A program made the translations under genes and the position numbers. The notes under the pieces were generated by a model. It ran no database searches, was not told the origin of the DNA, and was given only the letters and a program-made list of their open reading frames with translations. Of a DNA stretch of 64,000 nucleotides, positions 29,964 through 39,670 are shown piece after piece. The first letter of the stretch is position 1. Every line of letters starts with the position of its first letter. Origin of the DNA: an uncultured Candidatus Saccharibacteria bacterium (GTDB lineage: Bacteria > Patescibacteriota > Saccharimonadia > Saccharimonadales > UBA4665); NCBI GenBank assembly GCA_964494495.1, contig CAZBQZ010000003.1:6900-70899 (forward strand). Reading direction: 5' to 3'.

Positions 29964-31257
29964 GATGAATGTGGTTCCAGACTGTTTGAAGCTGCTGATC
30001 CCAGGTATATGCTAGCTCTTCTTGCGAATGTTTTACGAGCGTGGCACGCAGCTTTGGATTGTCAATTAGCCTGCCAATTTTGGCCGCCATATCTGCCGGC
30101 GAAGGTTCGGCAAGCAAGCAGTTGTATCCATTTTTGTGCAGCCAACCGTGATCCTCGTTAAAGTTCATGACTGTTGCCATACCAGAGGCGCTATATTCCA
30201 ACATTTGGTACGAGGTATGCGGCGTTAGCATATACGAAAATCCGATGTCACAGCTGCGATAAAGGTCAGCCACCTCGTCGAGCGATTTTATAAGACCAAG
30301 ATTTTTGATGCGTCCACCAAGCCCATATTCGTATTCGTCCCACTCGGCACCAGCAGTGATTATCTCGATACGGTTACCGTAACTCTGCAGTAAGTGTTTG
30401 ATGGTCAGCACAGCAAGGTTGAAGGCGTTGCGTGGGTTAAGCGGCCGGGCATACAAAAAGATGCGTACCTTTTTCTTGCTGCGCTTAGACGGGTCGGGAT
30501 AGTACAACTCGCGGTTAACTGTAGGGATAAAACTAAACCCTTCCAGCCCATGCGATTGGTTAACGGCCGCAAGCAAGCCAGGCGTGTTAACGGCGCCTGT
30601 AAAACCAAAACGGTAGGTTGAGGCAGCGAGCGCAAATGTAGCGCCAGCAGCATAAAAACTAGGCTCGTAATCCTGGATAAAGTAATACTTGCGCTTTGTC
30701 TGATTAAATCGCAACAGTAGGTACGCCGAAACCCAAAACGTGCAAAAAGCAATATCGGTTGCCGGTAGTTTGGCAACAGAAGCGTCTTTATCTTCTCCAA
30801 ACACAACGATTTCGTAGTTTGTTATATCGGGAAAGTCGCGCGTCATTTCGGCTTCTAGCTGCTTGGGGTCGAACAGCGGATTGTCGTAAATGACAATGCG
30901 GTTAAAGACACCTTCTTGGCTCAACTTCTGCACAAAACGAAACATGGTCTGAATGCCATTAAACTTAAAGTGGTTGTAGTAGGGGATAAACCACGTGGCG
31001 CTACGCACCTGGCCGTCAATTGCTCGGCTCGTTGCTTTTTTGCTTGCCTGGATGTCGTCTTCGGTAATATCAAAGATGCTGTTTGAGACAAACGACAATT
31101 CTTCTTGCAGCGCCTTTTGGTCGGCGTTAAGACGGCCATGCCGCACAAAGCGACGCGCTGATTGCACTCGCTTGGCAGCGTAACGGCCTGTTTTTTTGCG
31201 TAAGCCTACCCAGCCATGCTTTTTATATACATATACAGCTCTTTTAAGCTTATTCAT
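29956..31257 (-). CDS. GT-B glycosyltransferase, WsaF-like (putative rhamnosyltransferase)
   Basis: CTFWVSA, YYFIQDYEPSFY, YARP..PRNAF and SYQMLEYSASG motifs. Confidence 0.8.
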   Translation of the reverse strand: MNKLKRAVYVYKKHGWVGLRKKTGRYAAKRVQSARRFVRHGRLNADQKALQEELSFVSNSIFDITEDDIQASKKATSRAIDGQVRSATWFIPYYNHFKFNGIQTMFRFVQKLSQEGVFNRIVIYDNPLFDPKQLEAEMTRDFPDITNYEIVVFGEDKDASVAKLPATDIAFCTFWVSAYLLLRFNQTKRKYYFIQDYEPSFYAAGATFALAASTYRFGFTGAVNTPGLLAAVNQSHGLEGFSFIPTVNRELYYPDPSKRSKKKVRIFLYARPLNPRNAFNLAVLTIKHLLQSYGNRIEIITAGAEWDEYEYGLGGRIKNLGLIKSLDEVADLYRSCDIGFSYMLTPHTSYQMLEYSASGMATVMNFNEDHGWLHKNGYNCLLAEPSPADMAAKIGRLIDNPKLRATLVKHSQEELAYTWDQQLQTVWNHIHRG

Positions 31258-33028
31258 AGGTGCTCCTTAAGGCTATTTGCTCGCTTTGCAGACTTAGGTT
31301 AGTACTAAAGTAGGGGTCGTGCCAATCAAGATATGGGCGGTAATAGGTGAGTGAATGATTGTAGTCGCCTATCAAGCCTTCGTACGACCCCACTGACACG
31401 CTTTCGTAGTGGTACAGTTGGGCAAATGGCCAATATACATTGCGGTAGCCTTTTTCGTATAAACTCAGACAAAAGGCTACGTCGTTGCCGGCGACAACAA
31501 ACTTTTCGTCTAGTCCGCCCACTTCGTCATATTTGGTTGCCTTAACCGCTAGACAGGCAGCCGTCACCGCAAGGTAGTCGCGCGGCCACAATGGACGACC
31601 AAAAGGCGAAGTTGCGTCGGCGGGCTGCAATCGAAACACATGGCCGGCCATGCCTTTCATACCTAAGATTACTCCGGCGTGCTGAATGCGGCCATCGGGA
31701 TAAAACAATTCTGGCCCTACCGCCCCCGCCCATGGCTGAGATGCAACACCCAACAGCTCCTCAAGCCAGTCGCCCGTAATTACCTCTGTGTCGTTATTTA
31801 AAAGCACAATATAATCGCCCTTGGCTTGCGAACGACCATAGTTATTAACTGCCGAGTAATTAAATGGATGGTTCCACTCTAGTAGTCGTATCTTTGGCGT
31901 ATTAGCGAGCGTTGCAAGATATTCGTGCGTTTCTGGTTCGACGCTATTGTTAGAAATAAGTAATAATTCGTAATTCTTATATGTTGTCTTCTCAAGGATA
32001 CTTGGCACGAGTGTCTTAAGGTAGGAGACTTTGTCTTTAAAAGGAATAATTATCGAGGCCTTTGCGCCTTTGGGAATGCGATAGTGTAGCCGGTAGTTGG
32101 TTGGGGCATCTGGAATACCGCGCACATCGGCGTGCGCACCAATTCTTTTGACATGTTCGGCCAGCGCACGCTCGCCAGCCGTGGTGGCATAACTCTTGTT
32201 GCCAATCTCGCCAGCTGTCGATCCGTCGGCAATTCGCCAGTGGTACAGTATTTTAGGAATATGCACGATGCGCTTCGTATGGTCGGTAACGCGTAAAATA
32301 AATTCGTAATCTTGCGAGCCATCAAAGCCAGGCTTTAGCGCGCCCACCGCCTCGACAACCGAGCGTTTGACAACAAAAAAATGCGTAAGATAATTAACGC
32401 CTTCTAGGAGAGTTGGCGACCAATCTGGCTTAAAAAACGGCAGCGAACGACGACGGCCGTCGTCGGATATTTTATCTTCGTCACTAAAAAGCACATCGGC
32501 ATCTGGCTTAGTGTCCAGAGCAGCTACCACTTCTAGTAATGCATGTGGCGACAGTGTGTCGTCATGGTCTAAAAAGGCAATAAACTCACCAGTGGCGATG
32601 TTGATTGCCTCGTTGGTATTGCCAACTATGCCGTGATTCTTGCCAAGACGCTTATATACAATGCGCTCGTCGACAGCACAGGCGGCGGCAATAGCTGAGG
32701 CTCGTGCTTTATCCGGAGAGCCATCGGCGACACACAATTGCCATTTGGAATAAAGCTGCGCACGCACCGATTCGATAAGCGGCAGCAGATACTTATCCGG
32801 CGTGTTATAGGCGGGGACAATAATACTAATGGTTGGTTGGTATGCAAACTCTTTTGGCGATACCCAAAGCCGGGGCTCGTTGTGGCGGATCCATTGCTCG
32901 TAGCTTATAGGTGTATTGCCGCCAACCGGACGAATAATGGCAAGCCCTTTGCGCCCTGCCGCATACGCACGGCGCAGCGTTTTGCTCTTACCTAAATGCT
33001 TTCTAATACTTGCTTTGGAAATACCCAT
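31250..33028 (-). CDS. Two-domain GT2 glycosyltransferase (WsaE/WbdA-like)
   Basis: ISIIVPAYNTP, FLDHDD, PDWSP, GSQDY, LYHWR, SIIIP, FNYSAVNN, LLNNDTEV, AVTAACL, GGLDE and HYES; start set at ATG 33028. Confidence 0.92.
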   Translation of the reverse strand: MGISKASIRKHLGKSKTLRRAYAAGRKGLAIIRPVGGNTPISYEQWIRHNEPRLWVSPKEFAYQPTISIIVPAYNTPDKYLLPLIESVRAQLYSKWQLCVADGSPDKARASAIAAACAVDERIVYKRLGKNHGIVGNTNEAINIATGEFIAFLDHDDTLSPHALLEVVAALDTKPDADVLFSDEDKISDDGRRRSLPFFKPDWSPTLLEGVNYLTHFFVVKRSVVEAVGALKPGFDGSQDYEFILRVTDHTKRIVHIPKILYHWRIADGSTAGEIGNKSYATTAGERALAEHVKRIGAHADVRGIPDAPTNYRLHYRIPKGAKASIIIPFKDKVSYLKTLVPSILEKTTYKNYELLLISNNSVEPETHEYLATLANTPKIRLLEWNHPFNYSAVNNYGRSQAKGDYIVLLNNDTEVITGDWLEELLGVASQPWAGAVGPELFYPDGRIQHAGVILGMKGMAGHVFRLQPADATSPFGRPLWPRDYLAVTAACLAVKATKYDEVGGLDEKFVVAGNDVAFCLSLYEKGYRNVYWPFAQLYHYESVSVGSYEGLIGDYNHSLTYYRPYLDWHDPYFSTNLSLQSEQIALRSTYE

Positions 33029-33029
33029 A

Positions 33030-34115
33030 TTATTCTCGCCCCTTAAGCCCAACTCGCAGCACGCGAGAAAACTCCCGAAGCGGCTTGGTTACACGCCACG
33101 ACGTCGACTGTTTCATGTTGTCTACAATATGCTGTACTGCTTTGGCGTGGTTGTTGGCGTTTGCTAGGGCTTCGCCAACTTTCTCGAGCTGCCCCTGGAG
33201 TGCACGTATGATCTCGTCGCGCTTGTCGACCTCGCCAGCAATTTCGCCAGCAATTTCGCCAAGCGTTAGTAAGCCTTCGCGGAGTACGGTGCGGTGCACC
33301 GGTACGAAAGCATTGGCGGGCGCTTGGGCAAGGTGCAAATCTTGAATAGCTTTTTTAACATTTGCAACATACGTAGGATTGCGCGAAATGAAATAGATGC
33401 GCCGGTATCCCACAGTCACGCCAGCTTCAAGCGACAGGTAGTGTTGGTTGTACCACTGATTGAGTTTGGACGCGGCGTTTGTTGCCGCCGGATTCTGCGC
33501 GGCGATAAAAATAGCCGTCTGTACAATTTCCCAGTCCGCCACCTGGTTACTAGCAAGCATGGTCGCGTGGGCGCCCGCCTTACTAACCAACGCTTCTACC
33601 TCGGGTTCGTTTGGGATCCGATAATCAATATGCTCTTTGAGCCACGGATGATCTTTGGCATATAGTTTTTTGTGAATGTCATTAAGGTTTACCTCGGCCG
33701 CAGACACAGCACCAGTCTCGTCGTCGACGGGCATAGCTATAAAGGCACCATATGTACTCACACGCAACGCCTCGGCAATAAACGCTAAGCGCTTAGGGCG
33801 GGGAATATGCTCAAACACATCAAAACTACAGGCTACATCAAACGCTGCATCCTGGAATGTCATATTGGTGGCATCGCCCTTAACGTAACCCGGGTACTCT
33901 TCGTCAAAAACGTCCAATATCGTAACGTGGCTTTGTGGTGAAAACTCTTGCGTTTTGCCTTTGTGGCCACCTAAATCGATGATCTTGAGCCGTTGGTCTT
34001 GCTTGCCGAATGCTTCTTTAAGTATTGTCGCCACCAGTTGCTGCCGCGAGAATTGATCAAAATTAGACTTTTGCAGCTCGCTTAATGGGCTGCTTTGCGT
34101 TTTTACTGATGCCAT
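33030..34115 (-). CDS. SAM-dependent methyltransferase with C-terminal coiled coil (WbdD-like glycan chain terminator candidate)
   Basis: IIDLGG, GDATNMTF, FDVACSFDVFEHI; C-terminal heptad helix ending STSWRVTKPLR, a tail typical of glycan-terminating or complex-anchoring proteins. Confidence 0.75.
   Translation of the reverse strand: MASVKTQSSPLSELQKSNFDQFSRQQLVATILKEAFGKQDQRLKIIDLGGHKGKTQEFSPQSHVTILDVFDEEYPGYVKGDATNMTFQDAAFDVACSFDVFEHIPRPKRLAFIAEALRVSTYGAFIAMPVDDETGAVSAAEVNLNDIHKKLYAKDHPWLKEHIDYRIPNEPEVEALVSKAGAHATMLASNQVADWEIVQTAIFIAAQNPAATNAASKLNQWYNQHYLSLEAGVTVGYRRIYFISRNPTYVANVKKAIQDLHLAQAPANAFVPVHRTVLREGLLTLGEIAGEIAGEVDKRDEIIRALQGQLEKVGEALANANNHAKAVQHIVDNMKQSTSWRVTKPLREFSRVLRVGLKGRE
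33232..33261. repeat. In-frame 12-bp tandem repeat (TCGCCAGCAATT x2.5) encoding GEIAGEIAGE
   Basis: Read directly: 33232-33243, 33244-33255 and partial 33256-33261. Confidence 0.85.
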
Positions 34116-35275
34116 GTGCCAAATACGTTTACCTTTCCGTATTGCTCGCGCCCCTCTTTGCTGATAACCGAAAAGGTAGCGGCCTCTTCCAGATGATCGT
34201 ACTCATCCTCGCCGTTTTTATCAAAAATAACAGCGCGCAAGTTGTAATCGCCCGGGTTAAATACAACTTTTGGAATGGTGAATGTTACTTTTTTACCACT
34301 TGTTAGCGTATAGCCAAAGCTGTTCGGGCCTGACATATTTGTGCCAGAGGCATCATACAGGCCAACACCAATCACAATGGGCACATCTTTGCCCTCAAAG
34401 CTAAACTCTATACTAAGACTTTTGTTTTGCTCGACGGTAATTTGTGCTCGTCCTACTGGCGTGTCATTCAAACGAAGCTTTTTGAGCCGTACCAACCCGT
34501 TGCCCCATCGTTTTTCGGTGCTTCCGGCACTTGTTACGGCGGCGTTCATCTCTTCGTACAACGTTGCGGCTTCGCGCGGCTCAAAAACGCCCAAAGCTTC
34601 GCCCTTAGCTATCACCAGCACACGATCGCAAAAACGCTCAACCGCCGACATATCGTGCGTGACAAAAATAATTGTCCGGCCCTGTTCTTTAAGCTCGCGA
34701 AAAGTCTTGTAGCACTTATTTTGGAAGCTCGTGTCGCCAACAGCCAATACCTCATCAACTAGCAAAATATCTTGTCGGGCACGGATGGCAATCGAAAACG
34801 CCAGGCGTACCTGCATACCCGACGAGTAGTTCTTAAGTTTTTGATCCATAAAACGCTCAAGTTCGGCAAATGTTACTATGTCGTCGTAAATCGCCCGAAC
34901 CTCGCTGCGCGTAAATCCAAGAAGAGCACCATTAAGATAGACGTTCTCGCGGCCAGTTAGTTCTGGGTTAAAGCCAACCCCAAGCTCGATAAACGGCACC
35001 AGACTCCCGCGCACATCCACGTGGCCAGTGGTGGGTACATAAATACCGGCAAGCAGCTTCAGCAGGGTGCTCTTACCGCTGCCGTTGCGGCCAACAATAC
35101 CAAAAAATTCGCCTTTTTTTACCTCGAACGATATGTCATTCAATGTTTTTTGTAGCTCAAATGTCCGACGGCGATAAAAGGTAAGCATTGCACTCTTGAG
35201 CGATGTTGTGCGCTCGTGCGGCAACCTAAACGCTTTGCTTACGTTATCTACCTTGACTATGGTTTCGTCGTGCAT
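34103..35275 (-). CDS. wzt: Polysaccharide ABC exporter ATPase with C-terminal carbohydrate-binding domain
   Basis: GRNGSGKST, ELGVGFNPELTGREN, YSSGMQVRLAFS, VDEVLAVGD and VTHD; about 130-aa C-terminal beta extension. Confidence 0.95.
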   Translation of the reverse strand: MHDETIVKVDNVSKAFRLPHERTTSLKSAMLTFYRRRTFELQKTLNDISFEVKKGEFFGIVGRNGSGKSTLLKLLAGIYVPTTGHVDVRGSLVPFIELGVGFNPELTGRENVYLNGALLGFTRSEVRAIYDDIVTFAELERFMDQKLKNYSSGMQVRLAFSIAIRARQDILLVDEVLAVGDTSFQNKCYKTFRELKEQGRTIIFVTHDMSAVERFCDRVLVIAKGEALGVFEPREAATLYEEMNAAVTSAGSTEKRWGNGLVRLKKLRLNDTPVGRAQITVEQNKSLSIEFSFEGKDVPIVIGVGLYDASGTNMSGPNSFGYTLTSGKKVTFTIPKVVFNPGDYNLRAVIFDKNGEDEYDHLEEAATFSVISKEGREQYGKVNVFGTWHQ

Positions 35276-35277
35276 GA

Positions 35278-36084
35278 CTACAAGTTCTCCGCAAAATATT
35301 TAGATTCGCGTTTAAAGTACAGCAAACCACCAATAAATACCGCAATGATGACCAGGGGAGACAACCATGCAAGCCAACTGCCATGCAGCAGTTGCCACGA
35401 AGTTGTTACTTGGTGGCTAACTAAAACGTATCGAGCGTCCTGAATAATTTGCGCCATGGGGTTAAGCATCAAAATCTTCTCGATCAATACGTTGCCGACT
35501 CTCGATAACGGGTAAAGAAGCGGCGTAACATAAAACATCATCTGCATGACAACTTCCCATATGTAGCCCACGTCGCGAAACTTTACAAATGCTGCCGACA
35601 AAAAGAGTGATACGCCAAGCGCAAATATATACACCTCAATCAACACCAAAGGCAGGAACAAAATAGAGCGCATCACATCGACGTGATTTATGGCCATAAA
35701 TACAAAAACAACCATCAAATTAAGCCCAAAGTTGATAAGCGCCGACAAACTGCTCGAGATAACAATAATCCAGCGCGGGATGCGTATTTTGCGAATTAGA
35801 TCGCCACGGCTGACCACCGAGCTTAAACTCTGCGATGTCATTTCTGCAAAAAAGTTCCAGACGACTATGCCAAGCAACAGATACACGCCGCTGTGCGGAA
35901 TCTTGTAGTCGACGTGCACAACCCTTACGAAAACAACGTATAGGATACAAAATAGCAGCAGCGGCCGAAGGAGCGACCACGTATAGCCTAACACCGATCC
36001 CTGGTATCGAAGCTTAAAGTCGGTAACTACCAGCTCGCGCAGTAACGCCCTGTTTTTCTTGCTGACTATCTTTTGGAGTACCAT
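35278..36084 (-). CDS. wzm: Polysaccharide ABC exporter permease
   Basis: DFKLRYQGSVLGYTWSLLRP, FRDVG, FYVTPLLYP and LNP motifs; six TM segments. Confidence 0.95.
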   Translation of the reverse strand: MVLQKIVSKKNRALLRELVVTDFKLRYQGSVLGYTWSLLRPLLLFCILYVVFVRVVHVDYKIPHSGVYLLLGIVVWNFFAEMTSQSLSSVVSRGDLIRKIRIPRWIIVISSSLSALINFGLNLMVVFVFMAINHVDVMRSILFLPLVLIEVYIFALGVSLFLSAAFVKFRDVGYIWEVVMQMMFYVTPLLYPLSRVGNVLIEKILMLNPMAQIIQDARYVLVSHQVTTSWQLLHGSWLAWLSPLVIIAVFIGGLLYFKRESKYFAENL

Positions 36085-36119
36085 ATGCTAGCTAATAATT
36101 ATAAGATAAGAACTGTATT

Positions 36120-37169
36120 ATGAAAAATCACGTTTTTGTTATCATCCCCAACTGGAACGGTGACGACAAGCTTCAGGAATCTATCGATTCGGTTCTTGCA
36201 CAATCGTACAACAATCTGACGCTGGTAATTGTCGATAACGCCTCTACCGATACGTCCAAAGAAATCATCACACGCAGCCAAGCCAAAGACAACCGCATCC
36301 GCGCTCTATACAACGACCGCAACTTTGGTTTTACCGGCGGTATTAATCCTGGGTTTCGGCTGGCAATCGACGAGGGTGCGGCCTATGCCGCTCCCTTTAA
36401 TAACGATGCCATCGCCGACAAACACTGGCTGCGCGAGCTGATTGCCTTTATGGATACGCACAAGAGTTATGGCATTGCCACCTGTAAAATGCTGCACGCC
36501 GATGGCAAAACAATCGATAGCACGGGCGATATGTACAGCATTTGGGGGCTGCCGTATCCGCGCGGCCGCGACGAAGCCACTGGCACGCAATACGACCACG
36601 CCACTACTATTTTTGGAGCGTCAGGCGGCGCCAGTATTTTTCGGGTAAGCATGTTGGCCAAAATCGGTCTGTTCGACCAAGACTTTTTTGCATACTACGA
36701 AGACATCGACCTTAGCTTTCGCGCCCAGCTTGCAGGTTACAAAGTGGGGTACGCACCTACATCGATTGTCTATCACGAGCAAGGGGGTACAAGCTCCAAA
36801 ATCAGTGGCTTTACCACCTACCAATACATGAAAAACATTCCGTGGGTACTCTATAAAGACGTACCGGGCAGGCTGTTTTGGCAAGTATGGCCACGGCTGA
36901 CTTTGTGCTACAGCATTTTTTACCTAAACGCTGTTTTTAAACACAAGACTGGTGTACCAGCTACCAAGGGTGCAGTGCAATCATTACTGAGGTTGCCTAA
37001 AAAGCTCGTCGAACGCCGGCGCATCCAAAAAAAGCGCACCGTGAGTATCGACTACATATCCAGCACGCTTCTGCACGATTTGCCACCAAACGCTCGCAAG
37101 CTCAAGACGCTACGCGCTCGCTGGTGGCGGCTGATTGGCAAAAAATCTACCGACGAGCCTGCTTCTTAG
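36120..37169 (+). CDS. GT2 glycosyltransferase
   Basis: IIPNWNG, VDNASTD, NFGFTGG, FNNDA, FDQDFFAYYEDIDL and VYH motifs. Confidence 0.92.
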   Translation: MKNHVFVIIPNWNGDDKLQESIDSVLAQSYNNLTLVIVDNASTDTSKEIITRSQAKDNRIRALYNDRNFGFTGGINPGFRLAIDEGAAYAAPFNNDAIADKHWLRELIAFMDTHKSYGIATCKMLHADGKTIDSTGDMYSIWGLPYPRGRDEATGTQYDHATTIFGASGGASIFRVSMLAKIGLFDQDFFAYYEDIDLSFRAQLAGYKVGYAPTSIVYHEQGGTSSKISGFTTYQYMKNIPWVLYKDVPGRLFWQVWPRLTLCYSIFYLNAVFKHKTGVPATKGAVQSLLRLPKKLVERRRIQKKRTVSIDYISSTLLHDLPPNARKLKTLRARWWRLIGKKSTDEPAS

Positions 37170-38460
37170 TCTGCACCGCTACCAAGGGTACTAGGGCAAT
37201 GCCAGCCACAATCCACCACTGAGCGGCAACTGCTTCGTTGCTCCAGGTGTGCAACAGCATGTTCATGATGACGTACCCCCAAAAGCTGGAAAGCAACACC
37301 GTAGCCCAAAGGTCGTGCCGTTTCCAAAGACGCATATATATCCACACGTTTAGCGCTATAAAGAGCAACAAACCCACTACCCCCAACTCATACCCTATTT
37401 GCACATAATAATTTTCTGTTAGCAAACCACCAGTAGGATTTTGAATAGAGGCTAAGCCGGCCGTTCCGGGCCCATGGCCAAGAGGGCTACGGATAATTCC
37501 TTCTATGCCACGGCGCACATACAGCCAATGCAAATCGTTAGAATCGTGCGGGCCCACCTGTGCGGCAGTGGAGTGGCTCACAATGCCGTCTAACTGCGGG
37601 TTGTGGCGCTGCCACACGGCAACTAAAGTCAACACCGCTACAGCAGCAATAGCAACCGGCCAATAACGTCGTGCCAATCGTACCAGGGGAGCACCAAATT
37701 GCCAGGCAAGTACCAACAACAGAGTTACCGCCGCACCCAACCAGGCGCTCCGCGAAAAAGTCACATACAACGCTGCAAAATGCACCGCCAACAAGGCTAC
37801 TACACCAATCTGGCGTCTTCGCGGGTAACTCTTTAGTCGAAGAGCATACGCGCTCAATGCTGCAAGGGGGACTAACAGATATGCGCCCAGCGAATTTGGA
37901 TCGCGCAGGGTAGACATAGCGCGTGGGAATGCTGGGTTGTCATCTATAAAAAAGTTAGGGCGAACGCCGCGCTCTAGGCTGTAGCCAACATGCGTCAAGA
38001 TATCTTTTGGCAAAAAGTACTGCACAATGCCCAAAACAGCAACAAGGGTACTAACACCAATAACCACTGGCCAAATCCAGCGTCGGCCCTCTGGCCACAA
38101 CAAACCAGCGCCAGCACCAATGATAAGCAGGCATGGTATGCGGACGTTGTAAATACTTCCAAGCAGGGCGCTATCACGGAACAGGTGAGGGTGCAGCACC
38201 CACAACACAATATGCAACGCAGCGTATAGGCTGGTGCCAACTATTAAAACAATAAACCAACAGGGGCGGCGCCTCTGTTGCCAAGTTAAACAAATAATGA
38301 ACACAGTGAGTATGGCAATCATCCCGTCCTTGGCTAGCTTCCAGGCATCCAACCCGCCAGTCAACAGACTAATCGATTGGCTCAAAAAGACATGAAACGG
38401 CATGTATATAAGGAGTGCCAGCGCGCCCCAAAATGGTATACGACGTAAAGTATTCATCAC
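37147..38460 (-). CDS. O-antigen ligase / O-oligosaccharyltransferase-family membrane protein
   Basis: Polytopic; RAMSTLRDPN, TFSRSAW, PLGHGPG, ENYYVQIGYELGVVG. Confidence 0.82.
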   Translation of the reverse strand: MMNTLRRIPFWGALALLIYMPFHVFLSQSISLLTGGLDAWKLAKDGMIAILTVFIICLTWQQRRRPCWFIVLIVGTSLYAALHIVLWVLHPHLFRDSALLGSIYNVRIPCLLIIGAGAGLLWPEGRRWIWPVVIGVSTLVAVLGIVQYFLPKDILTHVGYSLERGVRPNFFIDDNPAFPRAMSTLRDPNSLGAYLLVPLAALSAYALRLKSYPRRRQIGVVALLAVHFAALYVTFSRSAWLGAAVTLLLVLAWQFGAPLVRLARRYWPVAIAAVAVLTLVAVWQRHNPQLDGIVSHSTAAQVGPHDSNDLHWLYVRRGIEGIIRSPLGHGPGTAGLASIQNPTGGLLTENYYVQIGYELGVVGLLLFIALNVWIYMRLWKRHDLWATVLLSSFWGYVIMNMLLHTWSNEAVAAQWWIVAGIALVPLVAVQTKKQARR

Positions 38461-38465
38461 TTAGG

Positions 38466-38475
38466 TATAATTATA
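38466..38475. promoter_or_regulatory. Palindromic TATAATTATA providing -10 boxes on both strands for two divergent genes 18 nt apart
   Basis: + strand TATAAT at 38466-38471, 7 nt before ATG 38479; - strand TATAAT at 38475-38470, 9 nt before GTG 38460. Confidence 0.7.
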
Positions 38476-38478
38476 GCA

Positions 38479-39588
38479 ATGAAGAAGCATCACATTGTTA
38501 TTGACGCGCGTATTCGACGCAGCAGCACCGGTCGCTACACAGATCGCTTAGTTACTCACCTGCAAAATTTAGACGATTTCAATCGCTACACCATCCTGGT
38601 ACAGCCCGACGACCCCTGGAAGATGCACTCCCCTGCCTTTACAACCCTCCCCTGCCCCTATCCTCAATTTTCATTTAACCCCCTGCACCAGTTGGGCTTT
38701 GCCTGGCAGCTATACCGACTAAAGCCAAGCCTGGTGCACTTTACGATGACGCAACAACCCCTGCTCTACTTTGGTAATATCGTTACCACCACGCACGACC
38801 TCTTGATGTTTTACTTTGTACGGCGCGGCACCACACCCATGGTGGTGTACTGGGTAAAAATGCGCTTATACCATTTCCTTATGTGGTGGAGCCACAAAAA
38901 ATCGAACCGCATAATTGTACCAACTCATGGTGTGGCCAAAGAGTTAATTACCATGCAGCCCTTTACCAAAAAGAAGTTGGCAGTAACATACGAGGCCAGC
39001 GAGCCGCCACTCCCAATGCCCGCAGTCAAGCCCGCCGACGCGCCCAAAGAATTTATCATGTACCTGGGCAATGCCTTTCCGCACAAAAACGTTTGGAAGT
39101 TAGCACAAGCTTTTGATGTACTCCACCATGAACATCCCAACCTGCACCTGGTACTGGTGGGTAAAAAAGAAAAACACTACGAAGAGCTAGAGCAACAAGT
39201 AACCACCCTTGCCTCGCGCGATTTTATTCATATAACCGGGTTCTTGCCCGACGAGCAAGCCAAATGGCTGTACACTCACACTCGGGTGTTTGTTACCGCG
39301 TCGTTGGGCGAAGGTTGGGGTCTGCCTGGCCTAGAAGCCATGGCGCATGGTGCACCAGTCGTTAGCAGTGGTGTCAGTGTTATGCCCGAGGTGTACGGCG
39401 AGGCTGCCCTTTACTGCGACCCACACAGTGCTGCCGATATCGCCGACAAAATCGACCAGGTGCTCACCAACTCCACCTTGCGCGACAAACTCATTGCAAA
39501 CGGCGCCAAACAGCTCAAAAAATACTCCTGGAACAAAATGGCCGAGGAAACGCTGACAGTATACAAAGCAGTGTTGCGCGACAACTAA
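38479..39588 (+). CDS. GT4 glycosyltransferase (WbaZ/WbdB-like)
   Basis: GRYT, TTHDL, YLGNAFPHKN, EGWGLPGLEAM and YSWNK motifs. Confidence 0.92.
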   Translation: MKKHHIVIDARIRRSSTGRYTDRLVTHLQNLDDFNRYTILVQPDDPWKMHSPAFTTLPCPYPQFSFNPLHQLGFAWQLYRLKPSLVHFTMTQQPLLYFGNIVTTTHDLLMFYFVRRGTTPMVVYWVKMRLYHFLMWWSHKKSNRIIVPTHGVAKELITMQPFTKKKLAVTYEASEPPLPMPAVKPADAPKEFIMYLGNAFPHKNVWKLAQAFDVLHHEHPNLHLVLVGKKEKHYEELEQQVTTLASRDFIHITGFLPDEQAKWLYTHTRVFVTASLGEGWGLPGLEAMAHGAPVVSSGVSVMPEVYGEAALYCDPHSAADIADKIDQVLTNSTLRDKLIANGAKQLKKYSWNKMAEETLTVYKAVLRDN

Positions 39589-39622
39589 ACGCCTGGTTAC
39601 TCCCCAGCTATACCACAAAAAC

Positions 39623-39651
39623 ATTATTCCAAGGACCAGCCTTGGAATAAT
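39623..39651. repeat. Palindromic hairpin, copy 2 (ATTATTCCAAGG-ACCAG-CCTTGGAATAAT), between convergent genes
   Basis: Perfect 12-bp stem; 23-nt core identical to 735-757. Confidence 0.8.
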
Positions 39652-39670
39652 ATTGCAAATATGTTTTTAG

